This document shows, piece after piece, positions 22,078 through 32,983 of a stretch of DNA of 64,000 nt. The DNA lies in NCBI GenBank assembly GCA_000091205.1, contig AP006498.2. The stretch is one strand, 5' to 3'. The translations under genes were made by a program, and so were the position numbers. Below the pieces are notes generated by a model. That model worked only from the letters and a program-made list of their open reading frames with translations, was not told where the DNA came from and made no database searches. Source of the stretch: Cyanidioschyzon merolae. Taxonomy: Eukaryota. The number at the start of each line of letters is the position of its first letter. The first letter of the stretch is position 1.

Positions 22078-25000
22078 ATGGACAAATTTTGTTCGAAGCT
22101 TAGCTGCAGTGATGAGGAGAGTGCTCGTCAAAGTTCTGAAGGCCGACCTACGCTAGGCGGTGAAGCTCTGGATTTCGGGGCACCGCCAGCGCTGCCCTTT
22201 CCACCAGACGCGAGTCTGGGACTCTGTCGGCGCTTGGAAATCCATGGAGCCACCTGCTCATGTGTATGTGAAGCCTTTGGTAACATGGGCTCACATCTCG
22301 ATAGCCTCGTGCCACTGAACACTGCTGACGTCTTGGCCAAGGTGCGAAGTGCTGCGAAACGCCTCGCCACTCGTCTGGACGAAACTGCCGATGAAGAGCG
22401 ACTGCGCCAGACCTGTTTATCGCTCTGCGATTTATTTGGAGACGGTATTCATCACGATTTGATCCAGGCTGTGCTTGATGCTGGGGTCGTTCCGCGAGTC
22501 GTGAGGATCCTCGAACCACTAATAGATGATGATGGAAGTGGCTCGGGCACGACGCAAGATGCGGATGGGCATACCTCGGACGCGTTTCATTCGCCAATGC
22601 AACGACAGCGGGACGGAGCCGCGACATCTCGACTGAACGAGGAACGGACTGCGGAGTTGTTAGAGACTCCTGACAGATCTGGAGATTCTCCGGGACCGGA
22701 GATGAGACACAGTAGAGTCACGAGTCGCGATCATGCCAGAGCTAGCTCTGGGCATGCGGCAAGCACCGTACGGAAGCGCAGTCGCAGGAGAGAGGTATCC
22801 TTGGGCTTGCAGTCCGCTGCTTTGCAGGTGATCGGGAACATTGCTTGCGGAGACGACCGTCAAACGCAGGTCATTATTGATTGCCCGAACGCTTTGACGA
22901 TTTTGCGAACGCTGCTAGCCTCTGTGGAGCCATGCATTCAGAAGGAATGCTGCTGGATCATTTCGAACATTACAGAATCCGCGCATCAAGTGCAGGATAT
23001 TGTCAGGGCTGGCATTCTAGAACCGCTTGTGGGCATCTTCTCCGGAGGACACGAATCCTGCGATGAGGATGCTGCATGGGTTCTCTACAACGTCACAGCT
23101 AGTGGCGATCCGGAGCACATACGATATTTGGCGAATATCGGTGGCATCTCTGCTCTGTGCGCTCTGATTCTCTCGCCTGCTGAGCTAGAGGTTGCCTGGA
23201 AGGGCTGTGCAACGGTTGCAGCTGTTGCGTTGCACGCACTGTCGAATATGCTCACCGTTTTACCAAACGAGATGCCGTATCGCATTGCTGCGGAGTACGG
23301 TGTGGAATGTCTGGATCTTCTTGCACATGGAGGTGGCCGCCACATCGAAGATGACGAGAACAGACGTCAAGCACGCGAATTGCTGAGTCGTCATTTCCAG
23401 GGCAAGAGCGTCTCGGAAACCGCCGCTGCTCGAAGAAGAAGTGCAAATGAGACGCCCATGTTAGCATCTCTCGGATCCCAGAGGCCGTCTGCCTCCAAGA
23501 TGGAGGCTTCCGCAAACGACGCCCAGGTGCATCTCGTTGCAAGTGGCACTGCCGGCAAACATGCGCCCCAGATTTGTACGGACGAATCTGTACAAACATC
23601 TACATATATAGATGAAGTGGACTATGCGCAAGCGTGCTCGACCGCGACGACTGGCGGCCTCGTGCAGACAGGTTCCGCGGACGCCGAGCGACTCTGCGAA
23701 TGCTCTGCGTCTGAGGTGACTTTGAAGCAGCTCCCCTATGGCGATATCAGCGATGTCAAGCAGATGCGAAACCTGCGGGCATGTTCGTTCTGCTCTGGTC
23801 TTGAGCCTCGGTATGACGTAGACGCAAGCGACTTTATTGGGTGCACCCGGCGTGACAAGTGCACTGCGCTTATGGCGCGTGCTGTGCGAGTGGATCATAA
23901 TTCGTGCTTGGAGAGCATCATCGATGCTTGGTTGACCATGGACGATGTTGATCTGGTCGTGGAGAGGCTTATTCCAGATGCAGGAAAAATTTATGTTGAG
24001 TATCAAGAATTTGTCAGTCGTATTTGCAATTTCCTGCGAAGCGTGATGATGGAAACCAGCACGCTCTCGTGCGCTGTTCAGATGGTTCCACCTGAGGTCG
24101 GTACTGGCACGCCCGGGACGCAGCCGCCTTGGCCGAGCGAAAGAGCGAGCAGCCTAACTGCTTCGAGGTCCGTCGACTGTGAACAATCGACCCAAGATAG
24201 GAATCGTTGCTCTATCATTACGCTTGCGTCGCAACTGGGAAGAGCGGAATGTCTGCAGACGATCCTAAGTCGCATGCAGCCGCTGCTAGTTCCCGAGTGG
24301 AGGGATTTTCTGTATTCCTCGCTGCTAGCTGGTGCCGCCTACAAGGGTCACTTGAACGTTGTGCAGACGTTGCTCGCGTATTGGTGCAATTCCGTTCAGG
24401 AGAATGGGAGGACGCGTTCCATGAGAGGCTCAGCGAATGAAGGTCACGGTACGCTACCGCTGGAAACGATCGATTTCAATGCCCTGCATCTCGCTGCAGC
24501 AGCTGGACAATATAAGACATGTAGCCTGCTTTTGAAGGGGTTTCCGGAAGCGCTGAACTTGACGAGTTCAATGGGACACACCGCTTTGAGCTTTGCTGCA
24601 CTTTTCGGATACACAGATGTTTGCCGTCTTCTGCTGGAAAAGGGAGCAGATATCTGGTCAATGGACACTTACCAGCGAACAGCACTGCATCTGGCTTGTG
24701 TTCACGGTCGCACGGACACCGTGGCATTACTCGTGGAACACGCCAGAAAAGTTCTTGCGGATCAGGATCGAGACGCTTTCACGAAGTGGCTGAACGCCCG
24801 CACGACGACCGGCATAACCGCACTACACTACAGTATACAAAGTCGGGTGCTGGCGTGTGTAGAGCTCCTGGTGACGAACGGTGCTTGCATCAAGGATCGA
24901 TTACCGAATTCAGGGCCGAATCCGCTGCTGGTACTTGCAGCGGATGCGGATTCTCTGGAAATCGTGCAGTTTCTGCTGGAGGCTGGGGCCCCGGTGCGAT

Positions 25001-28000
25001 CCGTCGTACCGCTGAGGATTCGGATTGGTGACACAAGCGACACGCTCTCGCTTTCGTCCCCAGAAGATAGTTTGCACGCCGAAATTGAGGATTTTTTCAC
25101 GCCGCTGCATGTTGCAGCGAACAAAGGTAGCTTGCAGCTAGTGCAGATGCTCCTGGAATCCGGCGCTGATGTCAATGTTCGCGGTGTCACCGGTTGGTCT
25201 GCGCTTGATCTAGCGGTGCTGAACGGTTTCGATGCGGTTGCGAGCTTGCTGCTCTCAAAGGGCGCCATCGTGGATCCCCATCTGAAGATTATTCCAAGCG
25301 GAATCGTCGGGCAAATGCCCAGTGCCAAGACGCTGGTCCAGATTGCTGCAATGAACCACCGCAAGGATTTGGTGCGGATGTTAGTCGAGCGCCTCCGCGT
25401 TCAGAGCCTTAACAGTGAGTCGGCGAATGCTGGAGTCTCGAGCGCATGTCTCGTCTCTGCGTCTCCAGCTGGTGGTGCTGACGTCTCCACGACATGCAGT
25501 GTCGAGGGACCCGATACCGGCCAACATGGTGCCGGCGAGTCTGTCGGCGCTCTTGATGCTCCAAACGATCGAGGAAGCGCTTCAGTGGATGTAAGCGAGT
25601 CCACCGGTTCCAAGAAGCGCCAAGAATCAGATAAGGACTCGCAGCGAAATCGGGAGCTGCGACGACGGGAACTGGAGGCGAACGATGCGCGAGAGCGCTT
25701 GCGAGATGCCATCCAGACGCGCTCTTTAACGAAACTGCAGGATGCTATCGGGATTGCAAACCGGGTGATACTGCAGCTGGCCGCTAGTTACGTCAAATCC
25801 GGCTCCGCCAAACTGGTTGGTCCGGAGATTGGGCTCGGAGCTGAGGTGGAGCGAGCGCGTCGTGTGCTCGCTGCTCTTCAAGAGCAGCAGCAGCGCGTTG
25901 CCGCGGACCGAGAGCGCCTCGCGTTGGAGGCCCGTCAGGATGCCGCACACCGCAAACTGTTAGAGTCCATCGCGTCCTTCTTTTCTTCCAGCGATGTTCG
26001 CGTATTTGACAAAGCGATTCGGCGGGCATCCAAAGCGGGGCTTGACCCCTCTGATAGCGTGATGCAAAGTGTCACGGAGCTGCGCTCTCGCTGGACTGAA
26101 ATGCAAGATGCTGCTCGAGGATTGGATGATTATCTCAACGATGAACATCGGCTCGGAGAGGACGCAGCGACCGTGGTACGTGGATTGGAGGGCATCATTT
26201 CGAAAGCAGAGCATGCATTAGAGCGTTTTTCCGCGTTCAGCCCCGAGGCGGCGAAATGCAGCGCTGCGGAGCGGGTCCGGGATAGTATCAGGCGAGCGAA
26301 GGAGCGAGCGAATGAAGTTCAGAAACTAGTCGAAGAGAAAGCTCGCTTATTCGCGGTTGAGGAAGCCAAATGCCGAGAAATATGCGAACGCCTTGATCAA
26401 ATATGCGCAGTATTGCGGCAGGGACGCTCGCTCGTTGATGCGCCCTCGTCGCTCACAGAGGCGGAAAACGCTATCGAGTTGTTTGCTGTGCAGGTTACCA
26501 AGTCGCTGCAGGATTCGACGCTGCAACTGCGGGCTGAGGAGCATTTGGAGCAGGCTCGTCGGGCGCTGCAGAAAATCGTTCGAAACGAGCGCAAGAGGTT
26601 GCGCTCAGTTGCTACGCTGGAGGATATTACGGCAATCGATGAGCTGATCGATTCAGTGCGGCAACTTGGACTCAAGGCACTAAGTGCGGACCTCTCGAGC
26701 GCCATGGAAGTTCGAGAGCGCAGAATCCTGCAGAGGGAAGCGCTCGCTGACTGGGAGGAGGTTGAAGCTCGGCGCTCGTCGGCGCTGGAGCTTGACGAAG
26801 TGTTGGCACTGCAATCGCGCCTAGAGCAGTTGGGCCTCATCGAGGCTGCTGAGAAGGCACGTCAGCTGGCGGACCACCTTGCTCGAGAGCAGCGTGCGGC
26901 ACAAACGCTGAAGACAGCGACGGATGAAGCTCGCGAAGCGCTGTCCTCTTACGCAGAGGTTGACGCAGACTCGTGCCTTCAGCAGCTTTTGAGCCGAGCT
27001 GGAGACTCGCTGGATCGCGCAAGTCTGGAGAAACTTCGTCGGCTGCGCGTCGCCATCGAACGGGCAAGAAAGTTTGACAGCTTAGCGGAGATCGTCCATG
27101 AGGCACAGCACGTGTACGAAGCTTTCCTTGAGATCCAACGGGAGCGACTGCAGCGTATCTGTAACTGTTTGCGGGCTGTACCTTTGGAGGATGTTCCTAG
27201 CTTGGTTCAGCTCAAAACAGCACTGTGTCATGATAACAGTGAAAAATCCGAGTCCGATACTGGCGTTACTCGTGATGAAGCCCGTTGCCTTGTAGCCGCG
27301 CAAGTGCTGCGAGAGATTTCTGATCGAGTGCAAGTGCTCATGAACGTCTACGCGAACGCGCTGAACGTTGACCCGGAGAATGCCGAAAACAGCTCTCGGG
27401 GGCCTTACTCTGTGATACCGTCAGCGCTGGTAGATTTGAGGTCCTGGCTGGAGAAAGCGACGTGTCGCTGTACTGAGCTTCACGAGGCTGCCCGCCAGCT
27501 GCAAGAGTCTCGCGCCACCGAGTCGCTTATGGTAGAATCGAACGCGGATGGTGCTTCGGAGAAGGCGCGGAGCCAAACACCAGAGGTAGTGGATGTTACA
27601 AGCAAGCTAGCATCCCCGTTGGAACTGGGTTCATCGGTACCTTCAGAGATGCCTTCGTCGGGCGAGCGAAGCGTATCATCGCAACGTCGCTCCGGTCGAA
27701 GAGCTCGAAACCGACGAGGCAGCGCTTCTGCAGTACCTGCAGCCTCCGAGTCCCGCGAAGCTGCGTCTTACATAGAGAGCGGCGCGGAGCGCATGACCGC
27801 GTCGACGACTGTCGACAGCCATGCGGAAGACAATCAGGCACGACGCAGTACCAAGGGGAAGAGTCTCTCCGAGAAGAAGAAGGGCGGCAAGGCAGGTAGA
27901 TCTGCGGACAGTGGAATCGTATTGACGGACGCTGGAGCGGACGAAACAGAGAGTGTGCAGCGGAAAGCGGGAAGCGCCGATCCTGTGGCAGAAGAAGTAA

Positions 28001-29298
28001 GTCGACGCGCAACGCCGAGTCTGGAGACGACGCATCGGAAACGACAAACAGCGAAACGTGCGGAAACGGGTGAGTCAGCGGGTACCGGCAAGCAGGAGAC
28101 GAGGCCATCCGAGGGATCCGGCATCCGCGAGTCAGGCGAACTGGTCGCACCGGAGGCTGGATGCCCTCACTATTACATCTGGACCAAGTCGAACATTGTT
28201 GTCTGCGGCAAATGTGGCGACGTGAGGATCTCACATAATCAGAACTGGCTCGAGCGCGTGAAGAAACGGACGCAGAAGAAGAAGGATCAGGTGCCGGCAG
28301 AGTTTCTGGAGGCTGTGGAAAGCGCATTGCTCGCACGCCGGCGCCGGTCTACCTCCCGGAGTGATACGAATCGAGCACCTGGCGACGAGCAGACTGCTGC
28401 TCTCCAAAATGACGACTCGTACGATAGTGTGCCGTACACTGGCCCAGCGACAAGCACAGGTGATGACTCGCGAGCGAGCGATCCGCATCAAGACCGCTAT
28501 CCACGGCCAACGAGCAGTATGTTCTGGACGACTCCAGCAGCGTTTCCGATCGGGGAAATGAGTTTTGTTGCGAGACCTAGCGTCATGGAGCGTTCACCAT
28601 CGAGCTTCCAGATGCGGCAGGCGCGTCTCGGGTATGCAGCGCCCGCAGAGTCCCTGGAGATGAGTTCGCGTCCAGGTACGCCTGCTCGTCCCGTATCGCC
28701 ATTTGTGAATGCGTTTCCCTCGCCAGGTCGAAATGTGGTCGATGGACGTGCCAACACGCCGCTCTACGCAGACATGATCCTAGGCATGCCAGATACGCGC
28801 TTGAGTGTCGCAGCGAACGGTGCAGCGCGCTCGCCCTGCGTAACCTTGTATCGAGAAGCCCGAGCGGCAGCTGCCACTCCTATGGGGCGGTATCCACCAA
28901 GTCTCGGGGGCGACGTTTGCGATGCAAACGCTGGTGTCTGGTTGCAACCGGGCCTGGTGGCCGGAGCGACAACTCAGGTACCGTTTCCGAATAGTATTCA
29001 CGGAAGTGGCCAAGCTGCGGAGCCGTCCCTGGACCCCGTGGCTCATGGGCACCCTCTGCGCGACGAGCGCGGCCACCTTTTTGGGATGACTGATGTCTTC
29101 CATGGACATGGCGTGCTGAATGGAGTCGACGACGCCCTGCTATCGTCTTCACCTGTTGGTGTTGGGGACTCGGAGTTTGCGAGTCAGAATTTCGGCTTTA
29201 ACATAGATGCTATCGTGGATGAGAATCCACAACCTCGGACAACTTCGAAAGACAAACTGGCAGTAGAAAGCGATTCTTCTCAGTATAGGATCTTTTAA
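22078..29298 (+). CDS. Large (2406 aa) single-exon protein: armadillo-like repeats (N-terminal), ankyrin repeats (about aa 770-1080), long coiled-coil (about aa 1200-1800), and a Ser/Arg/Pro-rich disordered C-terminus
   Basis: Uninterrupted 7.2-kb ORF with a genuine ATG at 22078. ARM-like 'VIGNIACGDDRQTQVIIDCPNALTILRTLL'. ANK repeats 'GHTALSFAALFGYTDVCRLLLEKGADI', 'TPLHVAANKGSLQLVQMLLESGADVN'. Heptad-rich E/R/A/L stretch. 'CPHYYIWTKSNIVVCGKCGD' is a zinc-ribbon-like element. Confidence 0.75.
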   Translation: MDKFCSKLSCSDEESARQSSEGRPTLGGEALDFGAPPALPFPPDASLGLCRRLEIHGATCSCVCEAFGNMGSHLDSLVPLNTADVLAKVRSAAKRLATRLDETADEERLRQTCLSLCDLFGDGIHHDLIQAVLDAGVVPRVVRILEPLIDDDGSGSGTTQDADGHTSDAFHSPMQRQRDGAATSRLNEERTAELLETPDRSGDSPGPEMRHSRVTSRDHARASSGHAASTVRKRSRRREVSLGLQSAALQVIGNIACGDDRQTQVIIDCPNALTILRTLLASVEPCIQKECCWIISNITESAHQVQDIVRAGILEPLVGIFSGGHESCDEDAAWVLYNVTASGDPEHIRYLANIGGISALCALILSPAELEVAWKGCATVAAVALHALSNMLTVLPNEMPYRIAAEYGVECLDLLAHGGGRHIEDDENRRQARELLSRHFQGKSVSETAAARRRSANETPMLASLGSQRPSASKMEASANDAQVHLVASGTAGKHAPQICTDESVQTSTYIDEVDYAQACSTATTGGLVQTGSADAERLCECSASEVTLKQLPYGDISDVKQMRNLRACSFCSGLEPRYDVDASDFIGCTRRDKCTALMARAVRVDHNSCLESIIDAWLTMDDVDLVVERLIPDAGKIYVEYQEFVSRICNFLRSVMMETSTLSCAVQMVPPEVGTGTPGTQPPWPSERASSLTASRSVDCEQSTQDRNRCSIITLASQLGRAECLQTILSRMQPLLVPEWRDFLYSSLLAGAAYKGHLNVVQTLLAYWCNSVQENGRTRSMRGSANEGHGTLPLETIDFNALHLAAAAGQYKTCSLLLKGFPEALNLTSSMGHTALSFAALFGYTDVCRLLLEKGADIWSMDTYQRTALHLACVHGRTDTVALLVEHARKVLADQDRDAFTKWLNARTTTGITALHYSIQSRVLACVELLVTNGACIKDRLPNSGPNPLLVLAADADSLEIVQFLLEAGAPVRSVVPLRIRIGDTSDTLSLSSPEDSLHAEIEDFFTPLHVAANKGSLQLVQMLLESGADVNVRGVTGWSALDLAVLNGFDAVASLLLSKGAIVDPHLKIIPSGIVGQMPSAKTLVQIAAMNHRKDLVRMLVERLRVQSLNSESANAGVSSACLVSASPAGGADVSTTCSVEGPDTGQHGAGESVGALDAPNDRGSASVDVSESTGSKKRQESDKDSQRNRELRRRELEANDARERLRDAIQTRSLTKLQDAIGIANRVILQLAASYVKSGSAKLVGPEIGLGAEVERARRVLAALQEQQQRVAADRERLALEARQDAAHRKLLESIASFFSSSDVRVFDKAIRRASKAGLDPSDSVMQSVTELRSRWTEMQDAARGLDDYLNDEHRLGEDAATVVRGLEGIISKAEHALERFSAFSPEAAKCSAAERVRDSIRRAKERANEVQKLVEEKARLFAVEEAKCREICERLDQICAVLRQGRSLVDAPSSLTEAENAIELFAVQVTKSLQDSTLQLRAEEHLEQARRALQKIVRNERKRLRSVATLEDITAIDELIDSVRQLGLKALSADLSSAMEVRERRILQREALADWEEVEARRSSALELDEVLALQSRLEQLGLIEAAEKARQLADHLAREQRAAQTLKTATDEAREALSSYAEVDADSCLQQLLSRAGDSLDRASLEKLRRLRVAIERARKFDSLAEIVHEAQHVYEAFLEIQRERLQRICNCLRAVPLEDVPSLVQLKTALCHDNSEKSESDTGVTRDEARCLVAAQVLREISDRVQVLMNVYANALNVDPENAENSSRGPYSVIPSALVDLRSWLEKATCRCTELHEAARQLQESRATESLMVESNADGASEKARSQTPEVVDVTSKLASPLELGSSVPSEMPSSGERSVSSQRRSGRRARNRRGSASAVPAASESREAASYIESGAERMTASTTVDSHAEDNQARRSTKGKSLSEKKKGGKAGRSADSGIVLTDAGADETESVQRKAGSADPVAEEVSRRATPSLETTHRKRQTAKRAETGESAGTGKQETRPSEGSGIRESGELVAPEAGCPHYYIWTKSNIVVCGKCGDVRISHNQNWLERVKKRTQKKKDQVPAEFLEAVESALLARRRRSTSRSDTNRAPGDEQTAALQNDDSYDSVPYTGPATSTGDDSRASDPHQDRYPRPTSSMFWTTPAAFPIGEMSFVARPSVMERSPSSFQMRQARLGYAAPAESLEMSSRPGTPARPVSPFVNAFPSPGRNVVDGRANTPLYADMILGMPDTRLSVAANGAARSPCVTLYREARAAAATPMGRYPPSLGGDVCDANAGVWLQPGLVAGATTQVPFPNSIHGSGQAAEPSLDPVAHGHPLRDERGHLFGMTDVFHGHGVLNGVDDALLSSSPVGVGDSEFASQNFGFNIDAIVDENPQPRTTSKDKLAVESDSSQYRIF

Positions 29299-29633
29299 AC
29301 GCTGCTGATCGTGCTTTTTACCTTGCGGCATCGCTCCCGTTACAGGGTGTTCCTGAGTCGACGCACATCGCACGAGGTACTCGCCCGGTTCGCGAGTTGA
29401 GACTCGGGAAACGGGGTGCGCGCATCCTCACCTATTCCATAAAAAAGATGCCCAGTCCGCGGAAGGTTGTCTGTTGCACCTGTGATCCTTCTTCGTTTCT
29501 CCGTGGACTGCTTGCGGTGAGGTTGCGACGGCGTCAAGCACAAGTCAGCGTAGTGCGAGAGCGTCTCGGGCCAGCGACAAGTGCGAAATCCGATCTCTAT
29601 CCAGATATGATTTCGCTATACATCCTGTGTGCA

Positions 29634-31448
29634 TTAAACTTCTAAAATTTTCACGTGATCGAGGATTCTAGCCTCGCGGCTTCCCGGGACCACTCTGCCT
29701 ACAATCCATGCCGGCCAGTGATCGTCTACCGTGGCCAGTTTTTCGCAAAACTGCCGGGCGACGACTTGGCTGCTCCGCTCTGTGCTGGATGCACCGAAGC
29801 AAATGAGTAGACCGCCGCTGGTCTCCGCAGAGAAGCCCTCCAGAAGTCGGAACATTTTTCCACCTTGCAATGCACGATCTGCGCTCGTCATACCCCGAAT
29901 GATCGGAAGTACATCAATCTCCATGTCCACGGGAGCTTTCTGGTTTCGCGCTAGATTTTGGGCGTGCCCCAGAATCCCGAAACCGGTTATGTCAGTGACG
30001 GCGTGCGCAGCACCACTTTCTAAAAGCAGCTGGGCAGCTCTTGCGTTGAGATGGGCCATACTAAGACAAGCCACATCGTAGGCACGACAGATATCCGCTG
30101 GGGTCAGCACTTGTTCGATTTTCGAGTAGTGGACGCGCGCTTGGCGACCTTGAGCGAGCGTCTTGCGGGCAGCGGGTGGTAGTTGTTCGAGAATGCTGCT
30201 CGACAACGCTCGAGACAAACGAGCATCATGAGTTGTATGTGCAGGACCCGGTCCCGGGATGTCGCGAGCATGCGTTTCCTCTGAAGGCGGCACGAACTGC
30301 CCATGAACGCTTCGACGGGTGTCTTCGGGGCCATACTCCTGCTGCTGTGTGGTCTCTAGACTCTCCAGAAGATGCAAGTAGTGAGCATCCTCCATTTGTC
30401 CGAGCCACTGGTAGAGATTGATGGCTACCTGCGTTCCGAGGGGTTTCGTAAGCACAATGGTGTCGCCCGGCTGCGCTGCATCCGGCATTAGAAACTCGCC
30501 TCGAGGGAGGACGACTTCGGCAACACCTCCGATGAGCGGCCACGGATTCAGCGTCGTCTGACCTCCTGTGACTTGAGTACCAGCCTCGTGGCAGGCATCA
30601 ATGAATCCCGCCATCATGGTCTGTGTTACGCCAGCTCGAAGCGCTGGAGGCTCAATCTCTGTTGCCGCACACACGAGCATCAGCATGGTACTCGGTGGTG
30701 TTCGGATACCCAGAGCGTACGCATCGGACAGCACATTCGCGGCTGCAATGCGTCCCATGAGATACGGATCTTCAACCAGTGGGAAAAAGAAGTCCGTAGT
30801 GCTGATCAGATATAGCGGCTGGGTGCCGAAGGAGGGCGCATTCTCGGCGTCTTTCTCCGTGCTCTGTTGTCTGCTGGAGAGCTGGGTCAAGCGTACCACG
30901 GAGGCGTCCATGCCAACCCCGAGTTCCACGGAGACGTCTCCTGGCGTGCTCGACTCTGTGTTGCTTGTACTCATCAAGCCGCCAGGTCTGGAAAAGCTCT
31001 TCATTGGTGAACGCAAGAGGTTCTTGGTTGCGGTCATCCACTCGAGCAACTCACTTTGAGGAACCTTGCAACCACAGCCCTTAAGTGTAGAATACCGCGT
31101 AAGGCGGAAGCGCAGCGTCTGCAGGTCCAGTACCTGATCAGCGGCCTTCTGCTTTGCAGCATATTGAGTCACTCGCTCGAACCAATCCTCTGCTCGGCGT
31201 CGGACGTGCTCATCAGCGCGCTGAAGCGTTGGCAGACCCGTTTCGTGGAGCTTGCGAAAAGCCTTTTCGCTGTGCTCCTCAAGACTGAGCGGCAGCCTCT
31301 CCTGGTCCTTCAACGGCGGCGGAAAGTACTCCCTGAGTGCTTCATAGTCACAGGGATCGAACTCACTCGGACGCGGCACCTTTTCTAACAGGGAGTCCAG
31401 CGACATTTGCACAGCGCATATGAAGTCAGCGTGGAACTGGGAATCCAT
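29634..31448 (-). CDS. selD: Selenophosphate synthetase (selenide, water dikinase; SelD/SPS family), Cys-type, with an N-terminal extension of about 120 aa
   Basis: 'RLTRYSTLKGCGCKVP' is the SelD active-site loop with Cys in place of Sec. 'TTDFFFPLVEDPYLMGRIAAANVLSDAYALG' and 'VTDITGFGILGHAQNLA' are AIR-synthase-related motifs. The ORF-track ORF starts at a TTG at 31526. The first ATG is at revcomp 31446..31448. Confidence 0.8.
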   Translation of the reverse strand: MDSQFHADFICAVQMSLDSLLEKVPRPSEFDPCDYEALREYFPPPLKDQERLPLSLEEHSEKAFRKLHETGLPTLQRADEHVRRRAEDWFERVTQYAAKQKAADQVLDLQTLRFRLTRYSTLKGCGCKVPQSELLEWMTATKNLLRSPMKSFSRPGGLMSTSNTESSTPGDVSVELGVGMDASVVRLTQLSSRQQSTEKDAENAPSFGTQPLYLISTTDFFFPLVEDPYLMGRIAAANVLSDAYALGIRTPPSTMLMLVCAATEIEPPALRAGVTQTMMAGFIDACHEAGTQVTGGQTTLNPWPLIGGVAEVVLPRGEFLMPDAAQPGDTIVLTKPLGTQVAINLYQWLGQMEDAHYLHLLESLETTQQQEYGPEDTRRSVHGQFVPPSEETHARDIPGPGPAHTTHDARLSRALSSSILEQLPPAARKTLAQGRQARVHYSKIEQVLTPADICRAYDVACLSMAHLNARAAQLLLESGAAHAVTDITGFGILGHAQNLARNQKAPVDMEIDVLPIIRGMTSADRALQGGKMFRLLEGFSAETSGGLLICFGASSTERSSQVVARQFCEKLATVDDHWPAWIVGRVVPGSREARILDHVKILEV

Positions 31449-32399
31449 ATGCACAGTGCGTTTAGCGACACGTTCGGCGATGCGGTAATCAGTACGTATT
31501 TTGGTGCTGCTGCGACAAGTACTCAAGCAGGACTCTCTTACCTACAGCAGGGCAGGTGCAAAACTGGATATTCATTTCGCAGCGTGTGATCTGTCTAAAG
31601 AAGATTGCAAAGTCTGTATGCAGTGAACAAGTACTTGCACAGAGGGCTGGAAACTAGCGAACTCAAAAAGCGTACTGTATTGGGTACAGAGCCGAGACGC
31701 GCGCTGACAACAAAAACAGCACGAGGCGCCTATTTTGCACGATCCGCGCTACGTACCTCTCCAGCGTAGCTGTGTTCGGTCTGGATTGAATCCTGGGCTT
31801 TCACGAACAGGTGTTTGCTGAGTGTCAGCAAAACAGGTGTCCCGGCAACGGCTGTATGGAGAGGTGTTTCCAGGGGGAGCTGCCCTCTCTGGGTCGAGAC
31901 GGATAGCAGACTGCACTGGCAGCAGACGATTCAAGGAAACCGCTGATAACCTGTGGAGCGCGGTTGTGGTCAAAAGGCGATGGGATTTTTAGGACAAGCA
32001 GTGCAAAATGCATCGGATGAATCCTATTCTAGTCTTTCAACGGAGTTTTGTTTGACCACCGCTGCGGTGTTGAGCTGGAGATCGAAATCACTATCCAATG
32101 TACTGTATGGATCGTTGATGAATTTCATGTAGGATATATGCTTTACTCAAGAGTACGGGGAGGATTGCATTTCAGTCTGGGTTCAGTTATAAAATAGTAC
32201 GCAGACTGTTGAGGAACACTGAAGGAAACAAGTATACGTGCTCCGCGCCAAAAACACGTTATCCTTAAACACGGATTGTGGTCAATGGTAGAGAACCGGT
32301 CCGTTGAACGCCCTAAGCAAAGCGTTTCCGACGATGGTAGTCGCCATGGACGTCTCTATTTCTCAACGGCACGTTCGTGTGATCGGAAAAAAACTGTGA

Positions 32400-32900
32400 T
32401 ACAGTCGTAAAAAAGTCCTAGTGCATGAACTAATATCTTGCACCGAAATCGCAGCGACAGAATTCCTCGCATCTTGCGATAGCTAAGAAGCACAGGGACG
32501 TCGATTTGTTTCTTCATTCGATGAGACTTGCTTCGGATGAAACCGTTGGAGCGTATATGGGTATTCGCGGAGCAGGGCGTCCGTTGTATGCACGGTCGAA
32601 CTCGAAGAGAACGATGGTATCATAACCTGTTCTAACTTTGATGGATACATTTGGCGGCCTCAATTTCGCTTGTAATGAAGGTTCGTATAACAGCAACAAC
32701 CACTTTTCCGAATCATAGAAGACATTTCCCTGTCGTCGGACGACGTCATTCTACTGGACGAAATAGTAATTCCCTACTCCATTTGCGTTCGAGCTTTTAC
32801 CGATTCTATTGGGCTAGAGGTGCTTTTCATTGCGCCGTACTCTCCGTGGGTCATCCCCATCGATCGATTGTTTGATATCGTGAGAAGTTATGATAGCTCC
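32400..32900 (+). mobile_element. Tc1/mariner-like relic fragment (transposase sense on +)
   Basis: The antisense ORF 32514..32699 reads 'LLYEPSLQAKLRPPNVSIKVRTGYDTIVLFEFDRAYN', homologous to 2756..2944 'LFHEPSLRENPRPPNISTAARTDDEIFLLEFDLIYN'. The 3' repeat segment follows at 33432..33767. Confidence 0.3.
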
Positions 32901-32983
32901 GCTGGGCGACTTGATGAATCATCAGCTCGCCTGATACGGGGGCACATGTCATCTTCTTCTGCAAGTCCTTCGGCTTCAGGGAA

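Noticed and set aside
22128-29152. Numerous 60-250-aa ORFs antisense to, or out of frame within, the 2406-aa gene (e.g. 22148..22627, 23461..24006, 24828..25364, 27596..28336)
   Set aside because: All are nested in a single long, well-supported sense ORF with a biased Ala/Arg/Ser composition typical of GC-rich antisense frames. No independent evidence supports them.
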